Shown one piece after another: positions 39,014-57,178 of a stretch of DNA of 64,000 bases. Each line of letters opens with the position of its first letter. Position 1 is the first letter of the stretch. A program made the translations under genes and the position numbers. Where the stretch lies: the NCBI RefSeq assembly GCF_009914755.1, contig NC_060931.1; one strand, given 5' to 3'. A model generated the notes under the pieces. That model saw only the letters and a list, made by a program, of their open reading frames with translations. It was not told where the DNA came from and searched no databases. This DNA comes from the human T2T-CHM13v2.0 reference genome, Homo sapiens.

Positions 39014-42000
39014 TCCTTTATGCAGTGGACTGTCATTGAAGGTTATCACCAGTTTGTAGGACCTCATTATCCTGGTTCTCCTACTTCCACCACTCTGATG
39101 CTTCTCCCTTAGTCTCAGTTACTGACCCCTTATGCTCTCCCTCTTTCCTACACACTGATGTTTCCCAGAACTCTATGCAGGCTCCAGGCTGACCTCAGCC
39201 ACTTCCACAGCTTCAGTGACTCCAAAATATATCTAGAGCTATTCAAATCCTCTCCCTCTTCACAGTTAATGCTCTGGTTCAAGTCCCCATCATTTCTTAC
39301 CTCTCCTGTAACAAGACTACTGTAACTAATCTTTCTACCCCAGTTAGGTCTTCATATTGTCCCCAGATTTTATATTTGAAAGCAAAAGTATAATCATAGT
39401 GCTTCCATTGATAACCTTCAATGACAGTCCACTGCATAAAGGATAAAGATCAAGATCCATGATACATCATATTAGTTCTTTTGCAATCTTGCCACAATAT
39501 ACACATGAAAGAAAATATGTTTAAAGTACCAACAATGATTTACCAGATATTTCCTTTACCCCCACACCTATCTCCTCATTTCAGTAGCTAGAGCACTGTG
39601 CAGTCACTGTCTTCAGAGAGAGCTGCTGCTGCATTAAAAAAATTTATATATGTAATAAAAGCCAAGAAGAAACCTACACGATATATATATATAAAATGTT
39701 CCCAAAGCCTATGCCTTTGAGGGTTGGAGAGGAAACTGAGCATGACAGAATATTTTGTTTAAATTTCATGAGATTAAGCTCCACCCTTTAGACTGAAAAA
39801 ATATTTTCCACATGCTGAGAAGAAAATAAGTAGTTGAGAATTGCTGACTACATAGGCACTGGAGGGTCCAGGTAAAAGAAGCCTGCCTCCTTCCACCTAA
39901 GCAGACCCTAGAGCAAGACCTCAGAAAAGGAAATATGTAGTGAGTTGAAGGGACGGCTTTAGAACAGCTTCCAAGAATCTCCTTGGACCTAGAGAGACAC
40001 GGAAGGAACAGAATGACATCAAAGCTTCTAAGAGAGGAGGACGAGAGAGCTTGACGGAATGCCTATGTAGATGATGATGCTGAACAACACTTGGCCTTCT
40101 CACTCATCTGAAACTATGTTGGCCTCCAAGACACACCCCAGGGAAAGGTGAGAGCTACCCCAAAATAACTGAGATTGGGTTTTTGCCACATTTACTGAAG
40201 AGGGACTCAAAATAGAAATTATGTTATACAAAATAAAAGTTATGATTTTTGCACACTTGGATTCTGGAATAATAGTTACATTTGCTACATCCCTTTCTAG
40301 CGTCAACTCACTCCACTCCCCCATCCCCATCTTCACCAGCTTTGCTCACTTCTGTGTAGCCCTGGCTGTAAGCACACCGAAGAGTTTACTGTTCCCTAAC
40401 TATCCTATTTTCTTCCTTCAAGGCTTTATCCATTCTGCTTTCTCTAACTGGAATGCCCTTTATCAAAATTTTTCTCCTGGAATATACTCTTCCTCCATGA
40501 ATAAACTAAAGTATTACATCATCTTACCCCTAGCAGAGTGACTCATCTTGCAATAGAACTCCGTAGTAATTGACAGATGATTCAACTTACTAAGTCATAC
40601 AAAAATAGAAGTATGACTATTTACACCTATCTCTTCCTCCCACTCCCACTGGTGTGAGGTCATAGAAAACTGAACTATATCTAGTTTATCTTTATATATC
40701 CAGTGCCCAACCTGTTGTATCTGCTATAACTTAGCATATTCAAAAAATTTACGAGTGGTTTCACAGAGCTACTACACAAGCCAGACCATTTATCAAAATA
40801 TTCCATCCAACCATTCTCCTACTTTGTATACAAGTGTCTCACATATTTTAAGATTAAAGAGAGATACATTAGACCTTTCTACCTGGCAAGAAAAGCCTTT
40901 TCTAAACCCAAGCAAGACTTTAAAGGATAAGACTGTACCATTTAGGGATTTTTTATTTGACCTAAATACTTCAGTACATTTAGTAACTTTAATAACTGAA
41001 CACTTAAGAACAGTATGAATAAAAAATATATAACATGGATACATTAGTATAGTCTTATCCTTTGATGATGCATTGATAATTCCCTAATTGGTAAACTGAA
41101 ATTATATTGAAAAGGTGGTTTTCAAACTGTCTTCCACAGAGACTTCATGCCAGGCATCATTCCAGACACTGAAGATAAACCCAGAATGAGAGCCACTTTC
41201 TCTAATATCATCGGATTTCTGTTCAAGTAAGAAATCCTTTCACTTTTAGGCCTCAAACTTCAGGTGACAGGGTAACACTGCTGACCTATTTAGCACAGTT
41301 TTTCCCAGGAACTTCCGTTTTTTTTTCATTTAGCTTTTCTACCCATTTAAGAAGCTCTAATAAACCAATAAACTACTCTTCTTGTGCAGAAAGCTCCATC
41401 AACCGCAGGGAAGGGGAATTTGGATCTTTTGCCTAAATGATAAATCCCTATGGCATTGGCCCAAACTGAAGGCTGTGACTCAGTGTAGTTGGGCTTACTG
41501 CAGGTGACAGAGATGATTCCAGGAACTACAGTCTTTTTATGTGAGCTGTTTATATACCTCTGGCCTGAAGAGCTGTGCCTCTTGCCTGACCTTCCTGACA
41601 CACTAAAAATCAAACTTACAGGGCAGCATCCAAGAGATTTAAAAGACCAAGTGCTGGCATTTGCTTCCAATTTAGGCAGAGTGTGAAAACCACTAGCAGA
41701 GTGGAAAAGATACCAGACTAAAAAGTAGGATTCCTGGCCCAGGAATTCAGCTCTGTCAACCCGCAAGCAATTCCATTATGGCCACATTAATTCAACCTCC
41801 TGGGCATGTATGTCTATAAATTATGGGTTCAGGCTAGATAACATCTAAGCCCCTTTTCACCTACAAAATTCTATTATTCAGTCTTTTATTTATTCATCCA
41901 ATTTCTTAAGCACCTAGAATGGGTTAGGTACTATCTGTATATTGATCTTTTTTTTTTTTGCTGTTTTTCTAATATATTGCAGAGATTACATTGTAACTAA

Positions 42001-42509
42001 TTCTACTTTTTGGCTTGAAAACCCTTAACCAAAAATATTATTATACCATATATTATTATGGTCTTAGAAAACTGTACTATATTTTGTTTATCTTTATATA
42101 TCCAGTGCCCAACCTGTTGTATCTGCTATAACTTAACCTATTCAAAAAATTTGCAAATGGTTTCACAGAGCTATACATATACACACACACTATATATAAG
42201 TGTGTGTGTAAGTATATATTATATATAAAATATAATTATATGTAAGTATATATAGATACTTTTACACACATATATAATAGTATTAATCTCATGTGTATTT
42301 AAGAATTAAAAGAGTTACTGCATGTAAAGCTCCAAGAACAAGACCCAGCAAATAGTAAATGTTCAATGAGGGTTGGCTTCAGTTATTGCTAACAGTTGAG
42401 TTCTTCCTCAAGGCTTGGGGCTCCCATTCTTTCTACTTTTCTCCATATTCTATCCCAGAGGATTTAACATCACATTCAACTTAAATAAAGCCAAGTTGAT
42501 AGTCCTGGT

Positions 42510-46890
<4,381 letters not shown>

Positions 46891-46909
46891 CTTACATTTT
46901 ATCATTTTT

Positions 46910-47044
46910 TAACCTTTTAAGTTTTATTAGAGACAAACTCTCACTATCTTGCCCAGGCTAGCCTTGAACTTCTGACCTCAAGTGATCCTCCCACCTCAGC
47001 CTCTCCAATAGCTGGGACTGCAGGCACACACCACCACACCCAGC
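46910..47044 (-). mobile_element. FLAM / Alu left monomer
   Basis: gcccaggctagccttgaacttctgacctcaagtgatcctcccacctcagc. Confidence 0.8.
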
Positions 47045-48363
47045 TTCTAGTCCTGTTCTTTATGCCAAGATTTAGTGTCATTTCTTCAACTGCCTGGATG
47101 TCATTTTACAGGCACCCCACCTGCCGTCTTCACCACAACACATTTAAAACCACAATCGCCTTTATCTAGGATCATTTCCAGATAGTGGCCAGTCTCATAA
47201 GGAAGATGAGAATTCACAGAATATTACAGAAATTCATCAGTGATTAAGCTTTGTTTACAAAAAAAAAAGTGATATGACAGAATCAGAGAGTTCCCTAGGC
47301 TCCAGTCATCAGAGATTTTAAGGCAAAGGCTACACATATTCTATAATTAAACCAGAGATAGATGGGAGTGGCTGTCAGGAAATCTGGTCCACAGTAAAAC
47401 AGCAGAACAAAAGCTGATGTCTGTTAATTAAGGCAAAGTATTGGGACGAGAAAACTTACAAGGGTTCTATTGCAGCAACAGAGAAGGATCTGCTTACTGA
47501 AGAAGGTTTTAGAGCTGTCTAATTAGATCCTATGTTTATTGTAAAAACCCCCAGGCTTTCAAGAGCCTCCGCAAGTCCAAGTCCCCTTAAGCAAGGACTA
47601 CTTTTCCAATAAGGAGGCTCTGGTATCTAGTCCACCCCCATGGAGAGATAATGAGGTTCTGCCTAGGGAAGGGCAAAAAGAAGAATGATCTGACTGTATC
47701 TCGGGCCCCAAGAATTTAGTAGGCTGGTTCTCCCTCCACAGGCATGACAGAGCATGTTTGCCCTCATCTCTGGGACAAGCATCAAAACCTTTGATGCTAT
47801 TCCCTGCTTTCCAGGCAGACTTGAGGGTATCTGGCAGTCTGAATCTGCAGACAAGCAGATTAGTGATAGTGTAGTAAGCGTCCTAAAGTGAAAATCACAG
47901 TAAAGATAGCATGCTGTCTTTGGAAAGGCATGGAAGGATAGACAATGGTGAGGGGAGTGGAAATAAGGAGTGGCAGTGAGGGAAGGATATTAATCTTACT
48001 TATTTAATCTTTATTTTGAAATGGTTTCATCTGTTACACAGAATAGGTACACTTTGTGTAGGAGATAGATGCTGACCATATTTGGTTATCACCTCCTCTT
48101 GGAAGCCTCCCATGATTCCTCTATATGGAGTCAGGTGTCCTTTCTCTCTTTTTCCAATGCATTTTATTTATCTCTGTATTATATCACTAATCAAATTCGA
48201 CTGTATTTATTGGTTCACCCTTGTCCATCCCTCCCACTACACTAAGCTCCTCAAGAGTTGGGAATGATGAGGGCATGTACTGTGACTGGCACACAGAATG
48301 CTCTAATACAAATTAATTGATGGATTGACTGAAGATAACAACCCCTCACTCAATACCCTACTT

Positions 48364-48705
48364 CAGAGATTGGCAACCTTTTTCTATAAAGGGCCAGATA
48401 GTAAATATCTTAGGCTCTGCAGACCATACGGTTTGTACAACTACTCTACTGTGTCATTGTGGCATAGAAGCAGCCATAGGCTGCTTACATTCATAAAATG
48501 TAAATGAATAGGTGTAGCTACATTTCATTAAACTTTATTTACAGGTACTGAAATTTAAATTTCACATAATTTCCACGGGTCACAAAATATAATTTCTTCT
48601 TTTGATTTTTTTTCAATGATTTCAAAATGTAAAATCCATTCTTAGTTCACACCCTGTACAAAAAGAGGCAGCAGGCCAAATTAGCCCAGGGGTCATAGTT
48701 GGAGG
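48364..48705. mobile_element. MER58B-like hAT-Charlie element
   Basis: ttggcaacctttttctataaagggccagatagtaaatatcttaggct. Confidence 0.78.
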
Positions 48706-49509
48706 ATACCTACCTTCCCTGAAAGGCATGGCTGGTAACCAAGGAAATTCTACTTAAAGGGATGATTATTCACATCATATAATAGGTACTGAGTAACTTT
48801 GGGTATGTCCCAAACTTTCAACAACTATGAAAATTGAGGTAGTATCACAGAATTTTGTAAAGAAGAAATTATATAAGGAACCATATCATCATTGAAAGTT
48901 ATGTAATTTCATTTGTGAGGAACATGAAAGCCTGTTGATAATAACAGTAACTAATATTTGTTGAGTACTTCTTATGACTAGACTTTGTTCTGTGATTCTT
49001 CAATGAATGAATCCACTTAAATATCACAACCATCCTGAGAAGTAGGTTCTATTGTTATCCAACTTAATAACTAAAGTATGAATAAATTCCCTAAACCTCA
49101 AAATTAAAAATTGGTAAGGGTGTGGTTTTTGAGCCAGGCAGTCCAACTCCAGAGTATGTTCGCTAACCACTAAATATACCACCTCTTAAGAGAATAACAA
49201 AAGTAAACTTTCAAATATTTCTCTAAGCTTTCTCTTTCCCGTTCTCAAGACTAGAAGAGTGAGCTGAATGAGAATGACTGGCAAGGACTGCAATGTGAAT
49301 TACAACCTCACCTAGAAACTAGATATCTATGAAGATGGAAATCTAAATTACCAGCTGGCAAGCTGTGGTGATGTGGCCCCTGTTTAACCTAGGAGATTTT
49401 GATAGGCATACAGACACATGGGCCTATCCAGAAAGGAGCTAGTCTTCACAACTAGATCATCATCTGTTTGGGAGCTCATGCATGCTATTAAGTAAGTGAG
49501 TTTACTGTG

Positions 49510-49612
49510 TGTCTTAGTCCATTTGGGATGATATAACAAAATACATAAACTGTATGTATTAACATACAAACAATAAAAATTTATTTCCCACAGTTCTGAA
49601 GGCTGGGAAGTC
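49510..49612 (-). mobile_element. MLT1 LTR fragment
   Basis: tgtcttagtccatttggg...ataacaaaatac...atttatttcccacagttctgaaggctgggaagtc. Confidence 0.7.
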
Positions 49613-50439
49613 ATTAAAAAGTGAGCAAGATCTGGATGGACAGAGATGTACCCATTAGGCCTGCTGAGCCACCAGAGAGTGATGAAGTATTTGATTCTTC
49701 CACTATGAAGCAGTAAGAGAGCTAACGCCACAGAATATTGGCCAATATAGCAAGTATAGGAACTAATGAATTCAGAAAGCATTGAGGACTTCCTCTGGTG
49801 AATGGTGTAAAAGAAAGGTACCAGTTCAGAGGTGGTGCAGCATCTTTCTGCAGGTCCCTTTGGATGCCGTGAAAGGATGTAATAAAGCATAAGAATTTTA
49901 CATAGCTCAAACATACAAAAATTTTTCTGGCCCAGCTCATTACCTGCATCCACAGAATTGAAGTAGTTCTACCCCAGGGTAAACAATGTACTTTTTAGGG
50001 TCATGAAGTGGTTCTGAGGACCCACTGACAAGTATCAAAAGATCCGTATATACCCGAGATTGGTATGAATATTCATGTGCATGTTTCTGGGGAAGCAATT
50101 CATTGCATTCATCAGAAACTTGAAAGTTCAAAAGTTGAAAGGTCCTTGTAAGCTAAGTGGTATCACTACATTTTCAAGTACGTTATCAAACAGGCATTTT
50201 CAACATTTGACCACCTGAGTGCAAACTGGATTGTAAGTTTTTGAGTAGCTCAGTTTAAATCAATCTAGGCTTGACCAGAGGTAACCTAGGAAACTCAGAG
50301 ATATCAACCCATTCCTCCCCAATCGAGAAAGAGAGAGAGAGAGGGAGAGAGAGGAAAGAATATGTATGTTACACCCAGATTATTTCTGTAGTCTATTCAC
50401 TTTCCCACTTTCCTTGAGAGCTGTGTTACATCTGTTTTC

Positions 50440-50985
50440 TCTGTCTCTATCAGCCAATTCTCCTGCTTCCTACTTCACTGAGAAAACTAAAGTTATCAGG
50501 AGAAAAATTCCACAGATTCTCACCTTCTCATCTACCCACCACTGGGTACTGACACTCAAATTCACTTTTCCCACCTGTTACTGTTTTCCTCCTCAGCACT
50601 GGATTCCATTTTTTCTCAAGGATATCACTCAGCAAATCTCTTCCATCTTTCATTCAAACATCACTTTCTCCTTTCTTTTGGATCATTTCCATTAACACAC
50701 AAAACAAGCTACAAGCTATTATTTATCCTATCCTAAAATACCCCCCCACACACACACACACAATTTTGCCCCACTTTTCCATTCCTGCATCTACTTCCAG
50801 AAAGCCCAACATATAACAATGTCCAAAACTAAATTTCTGGGATTTATTGCTCAAATCCACTCTCCTTCTCCATCTCTCATTTCTGTTGATAGTAACTGCA
50901 TCCTCCCAGTTTCTAGGGCTAAAAACTTTAGAATCATCCCCGACTTTTCGTCTTACACCCATGTTCAATCTGTTAGGAAATCTCA
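50440..50985 (+). mobile_element. L2 fragment
   Basis: cttcctacttcactgagaaaa; aatgtccaaaactaaattt; catcctcccagtttctagggctaaaaacttt. Confidence 0.6.
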
Positions 50986-51300
50986 CAACAGATTCCTACT
51001 TATCATTCAAGGTTCTAATTAAGTTCCTATATTTCTTCTTGAAGCTTTCCAGAATATTTCTGACTTCACAGGGCTCTCTCTTTTTCTACATATCTCTGCT
51101 GGCACTTCAGTTGTGTGTTGTAATGCTTGTAAATATTATCTTTTCTAACTCACTACAAATATGAATTATAACTCAGACTGTCTGCCTCCTACAGGACTAA
51201 ACACACTAATGTGTATTTAGTAAAGAATCCATAAACATCACTCTAAGTGCTTGTTTTTGCTGCAAGTTTCCAATAAAATTGGTACACAAACAATACTTAC

Positions 51301-51469
51301 TTCTATTAGTGATGTTTGACATCAGATCTTCTAAATTTCCTGCATTTGCAAAGATATCTGTCATTTCTCCAAACACCAGCATCATGAGAGGAAGTCCAGC
51401 CCCATGGATGATGGCAGCCAAAGTTCCCACCACCATATACAACTTGTCAAGCCAATTTGAATAGCGAAA
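51301..51469 (-). CDS. ABCB1: ABCB1 exon 4 (169 nt; [15 protein letters not shown]...NITNR), TM1 and N-glycosylated loop
   Basis: tttttag|TTTCGC ... AATAGAA|gtaagt; peptide in ORF 51206..51442. Confidence 0.98.
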
Positions 51470-53378
51470 CTAAAAAGAGAGAAAAAAGAATAGCAGAGGA
51501 AAAATTAGTACAGTTTCATGGAAGATTTGCTTTTCCTTCAAAATATATCCAAAATCCAAACATTTTTCAGACTACTACTGATACCACCCTAGTCCAAGAC
51601 ACCCTCTACCTTTGCTAAATTATTGCAATAGTCTAATTAGAAATGGACATTTGATTCTTCCATTGAGTTCTGGCCTAATTCTTCATATTGGACTTGGTCT
51701 GTCTTCTTATATGAAGTCTAATGAGAAGGATGGGACATTCTGGGAAACTGTAAAAGTATTTAATGGTATATAATATGGTATTTGTTGCTCTAGTTTCTAA
51801 GAATAGAAGCCACTTATCATCTCATGGGCAAAAACTTGAATGCCAAAGGCCCCTCTGAGGATACCATGGAGGAAACATTGTGTTGCTTTAAGAAAGTGGT
51901 TTGGGTTAAAGACCTGCCAAACAATGGAACTGGTATAAAGGTAAAATGATTTGAAGATAATTAGGCCTCAAGAATGAGCAGAAAAAAGAAAGGAATGAGT
52001 CTGATGCATGCTTGTCAAGGAACATTTTTTCTGAGAAGACAGAATATGGCAATAATGAATGACCCACGTTGGAGATCTGCATAATCTCTTTAAATGTAGG
52101 CAGGTAACAGGAAGGAAAGAAAAGCTTCTCTGAACCCAAAAAGTTACAGGAAAAGGACACAGTTAAGAGGAATGGGCTCAGGGCCCCCTTGGGAAGTGAT
52201 TAATACTGCTTCCCTATAACTCAAGGAACTAGCTAAGGATTGAAAGAAAACCAAAGGGAAAAAAAACAGAAATGGGGTAAAGCCAGCTGTGGGTGTCTAT
52301 GGATAAATCCCAGGGCAGAAGGTTAACATGTGGATGCAAGGTGTAGCTGTAGGCAACAGGTTTGTAATGCAGGGAGGAAACTGGGTAAAAAAATCATAGG
52401 CCTAGGCAGGAAATATAAACCAAAACAAAGATTAGGCAGCAAAAAAGACATAGCCACAGACAGCAAGATTTTAGAACTTACATATACTTCACAAGGGGAT
52501 AGAAACCAATCCTAGAGTTAGCTTACATGAATCTTACAGTAGCAACTGGGGGATTTGGTACTGGACTGCCGAGTGGAGAAATAAAGAATGGTTATTACCA
52601 GTAATGAATGGCAGTCCATAAAGCAGGAGATAAAAAGTAAAGCCAAATTATGAAATAATTAATGAAAATTAAGATATGGTGTGTAAAAAAGAGTATCTAA
52701 TAGATACTTAAGTATTTGCATTTACCCTTTTTCTAGCTCTTAAATGTGTTATCAAATGAGCTTAAGTTTGGGTTCATGGCATAACTTTCCATGTTATTTA
52801 TGGGTTGATGATCTAAAAACATCATCATATTTACAGATTAAAACATTAATGGGACAACACGTTTTGGCATATTTTTTCATATTTCATTGAAACACTGGCT
52901 AAATTTTGCACTATGTACTTTGTCTTAGATAAGAATTCATCTGCTTCCTTAAACAAAAATGAAAGGGAAGAGGTCTTCTTTTAGAGATTATATTAAAGTA
53001 GATAAAATATCAAACTCCTTAGTACAGGAAGAGAAGATAGTTGATATGAAAAAATTTCTCCCATCACCACCAACACAGGACATTTTACCTCCAGAACTGT
53101 CACTGGCCATAATAAAAATAAGTGGATCATGAAAGTAGACATTTACTGAATGCCTATTCAATGACAGATAAAATCCAGAGATAAATGCCAAAGATATAAC
53201 CCTGCCTTCAGAGAGGTTAAAGAAAAATGTATATGCAATACATGCTCTGCATGCTTTGACAGTACAGTGTATAGAATAGACACAAAACTGAGTCAATCAT
53301 CATTCCCTCCTTTGTGAAAAGGCTTCATATGATAAAAGAGGTGATGCTTCCTTCCAGCTTTGAAAGTTTACCAAGTGT

Positions 53379-53800
<422 letters not shown>

Positions 53801-53940
53801 TCAAAAGACACCCCTCACTGAGCTGGGAAAATTGGAATTACATCTCTTAATCTTAGACTAGAAGGAAGGAGATTAAAGTGAGTACTAATTTTCCAGGAAT
53901 AAAGACAGAAAATTGAAAGAGTTCAGAACCTCATATTTCC

Positions 53941-54825
53941 TTTTGTTTTTTTTTTTATTATTTTTTATTTGTTTATTTTAACTTTTAAGTTCATGGGTAC
54001 AAATGCAGGTTTGTTACATACGTAAACTTGTTTCATGGGGGGTTGTTGTACAGATTATTTCATCACCCAGCTATTAAGCCTAGTACTCGTTAGTTATTTT
54101 TCCTGATCCTCTCCCTCCTCCCACACTCCACCCTCCGAAAGGCCCCAATGTGTGTTGTTCCCCTCTAGGTGTCCATGTGTTCTCATCATTTAGCTCCCAC
54201 TTTTAAGTGAGAACATGTGGTGTTTGGTTTTCTGTTCCTGTATTAGTTTGCTAAGGATAATGGCCTCCAGCTCCAGCCATGCCCTGCAAAGGACGTGATC
54301 TCGTTTCTTTTTATGGCTGCATGGTGTTCAATGCTCTATGTGTACCACATTTTCTTTATCCAGTCTACAATTGATGGCCATTTAGGTTGATTCCATGTCT
54401 TTGCTATTGTGAATAGTGCTGCAATGAACATACAATGCATGTGTCTTTATAATACAATGATTTATATTCCTTTGGGTATACACCCAGTAATAGGTCAAAT
54501 GGTATTTCTGTCTTTAGGTCTTTGAGGAATCACCACACTGTCTTCCACAATGGCTGAACAGTGTATAAATGTTCCTTTTTCTCCACAATCTTGCCAGCAT
54601 CTGTTATTTTTTTACTTTGTAATAATAGCCATTCTGACTGGTGTTAAATGGTTTCTCACAGTGGTTTTGATTTGCATTTCTCTAATGATCAGTGATGTTG
54701 AGCTTTTTTTATATAATTGTTGGCCACATGTCTTTTAAGAAGTCTCTATTCATGTCCTTTGCCCATCTTTTTATTGGGTTGTTTGTTTTTTCTTTGTAAA
54801 TTTGTTTAGGTTCCTTATAAATGCT
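53941..54825 (-). mobile_element. older L1PA 3' end (~885 bp) with intact 15-bp TSD
   Basis: TSD agaacctcatatttc at 53925-53939 and 54826-54840; poly-T; L1 3'UTR. Confidence 0.92.
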
Positions 54826-55290
54826 AGAACCTCATATTTCTTAATGACATGAAGCAAGATTGATTTCTAGAGAGAAGGGGGTGAGAAGATTTGAAGAAAG
54901 TGGTAACATAATGCTGAGTAGGACAAAAGCCTCAGTCAAATGCCCTCACTCTGTAGTTTATTAGGAAGGAGACTTTAGGGGAAAAAAATCTTAATAACCT
55001 TGAGTCTCAGTTTCTGAATTTACAAAATGAGGAAAATATTCATACACACAGAAAACCTTACATAGCTGTTATGAGGGTAAAAATGAGAATACAAGAAACT
55101 TATTGAGCATACAATATGCAAATATATGATATAAGCAGATAATGTTACTGGTTTTGAAAATATAATAATTAACAAGACTTTTCACTCTCATAAAGTCAAA
55201 AAGCAGGCAGACCAAAAAACGTTGTAACACAGGTGAAATGTAAAATAGAAGTATAAACTAATTGTAATAGGAGCTTTTAAAAAAGGAAAT

Positions 55291-55575
55291 GCGCTGGGCA
55301 TGATGGCTCACACCTGTAATCCCAACACTTTGGGAGGCTGAGGGCAGGAGGATCACTTGAGCCCAGGAGTTTGGTACAGCCTGGGCAACATAGGAGACCC
55401 TCTCTCTACAAAAAAATTTAAAAATTGTTTGGGTGTGATGGCATGTGCCTGGGGTCCTAGCTACTCCAGAGGCTGGGGTGGTAGGATCACTTAAGCCTGG
55501 GTGGTTGAACCTGCAGTGAGCTGTGATCATGCCACTGTACTCCAGCCTGGGTGACAGAGTTAAGACCTAAAAAAA
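55291..55575 (+). mobile_element. AluJ
   Basis: ggaggatcacttgagcccaggagttt dimer. Confidence 0.9.
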
Positions 55576-55578
55576 GAA

Positions 55579-55633
<55 letters not shown>

Positions 55634-55670
55634 GGAGGGAGAGAGAGAGAGAGAGAGAGAAAGAAAGAAA
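55576..55670 (+). repeat. (GA)n microsatellite derived from the Alu tail
   Basis: read directly. Confidence 0.92.
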
Positions 55671-55857
55671 GTTTGATTAGATGCTGAAAGGAAAGAGAGA
55701 GAAGGTGAACCAGAACCACATAAAAGGCATGTTGATCCGTGCCTAATGCCAAAGACTGGGCTTCCCAGGGCAAAGAAGTAGAAGGTACTGACAGGAGAGA
55801 GGTTTAGGTAACATTCACCAGATTAGATGGCAAACATGACTTGGATTTGAGAGAGAA

Positions 55858-56728
55858 TTAATTCATTCATTTATTCATTTAACATTCAAGGGATATGTGA
55901 ATATTTTAAAATATCTTTCAAATATTTGAAAGAACCTAATAAGGTCAGGCTTGGTTCTAGGTACTGGTAACAACAGTGAGTAAGAAAAGCTACCTATCCT
56001 CACAAAGCATACACTCTAGTGCATACACTAAAAGGGGGAATAGATGTATTCAACATTCATTCAATATTTAAGTTGCTATGAAAGTTCCAGGCACCATTCT
56101 AGGGCATTTGGGTTATAGTAGAGAACAAAATATACAAAAAATCTCCTGCCTCCACGGAGCCTACCTTCAGAGAGAAGACAAACACATAAAAAAGAAATCA
56201 GACAGTGATAAATATTCAGGAGAAAAGCCATACATGGTATGACACAGAGACAGGCAGGGTCACCTGGTTTAGATTGGCTGGTCAGAGAATGTCTTTCTCA
56301 GGAGGTAACATCCATGATGAGACTTCAGTGACAGGAAGGATACAGTTCATCCTGTGATGATCTGGGGACAGTGCATTCCAGGCAGGAAGAGCCAATGCAA
56401 AGGTACTTAGGTAAAAACCAGCTTGCTGTATCCCAAGGACCAAAGAGAATGAACACTGTGGCAAGAGCAGAGTGAGAGGGAATATTTGTCTGCAGTAAAG
56501 TCAGAAATAACAGAGGTCAGATATGTAGGGCATTTTGTGATGACAGGAAGGAGTCTGGGTTTTACACTGAACTTCCTGTGTAAGCAGAAAGGAAAGCATT
56601 TAATGGTTTTAAGGTAGGGACCAAGGTGATATGATGTGGCTGCTATGGGTAAATTTTTAGAAGAGCAAAAAGGAAGGAGGGATACTAGGAGATGAAAGAG
56701 CAGTTGAGAGAGTAAAGTCTTGACCAGG
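55858..56728 (-). mobile_element. L2 3' fragments
   Basis: attcattcatttattcatt tails; gcattccaggcaggaagagccaatgcaaagg. Confidence 0.65.
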
Positions 56729-57178
56729 TGTGGTAGACAGAATAATTCTCCCCCCACAGCCTGTCCAAATCCTAATCCCAGGAACCTGTGAATATATTTC
56801 TTTACATGATAAAAGGGACTTTGCAGATTTAAAAGATCTCCAGATAGGGGATTACCCTGGATTATCTAGGAGAGCAAATGTAATTACAAGGGTGCTTATA
56901 AGAGGGAGGAGGGGGCCTGGAGTCAGTAGGAGATGTGATGATTGAAGTAAGAGGTTGGAGTGATGCAAGGAAGGGCCTGTGAGTCTAGAAATGCAAGTGT
57001 CCTCTAGAAGCTGAAAAAGGGAAGGAAACAGAGCCTCCAGAAGAAATGCAATCCTGCTGATACCTTGACTTTAGCCCAGTAAAACTTCGATTCCAGAACA
57101 GTAAGGTAATAAACTTGTGTTGTTTTAAGCCACTAAGTGAGTGCTATTTTCCTACAGCAGCAATAGGAAATGAATACA
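56729..57178 (+). mobile_element. MLT1D-like solo LTR
   Basis: tgtggtagacagaataat...cctaatcccaggaacctgtgaatat ... cagcagcaataggaaatgaataca. Confidence 0.85.

Noticed and set aside
49735-49748. 14-bp palindrome ATATTGGCCAATAT (back-to-back CCAAT)
   Set aside because: A few palindromes of this size are expected by chance in 64 kb; no promoter context.
49384-49953. 189-aa minus-strand ORF
   Set aside because: Crosses an MLT1 fragment, no recognisable domain, composition of random AT-rich sequence. I could not assign 49620-49950 to any family, and a tblastn/Dfam search would settle it.
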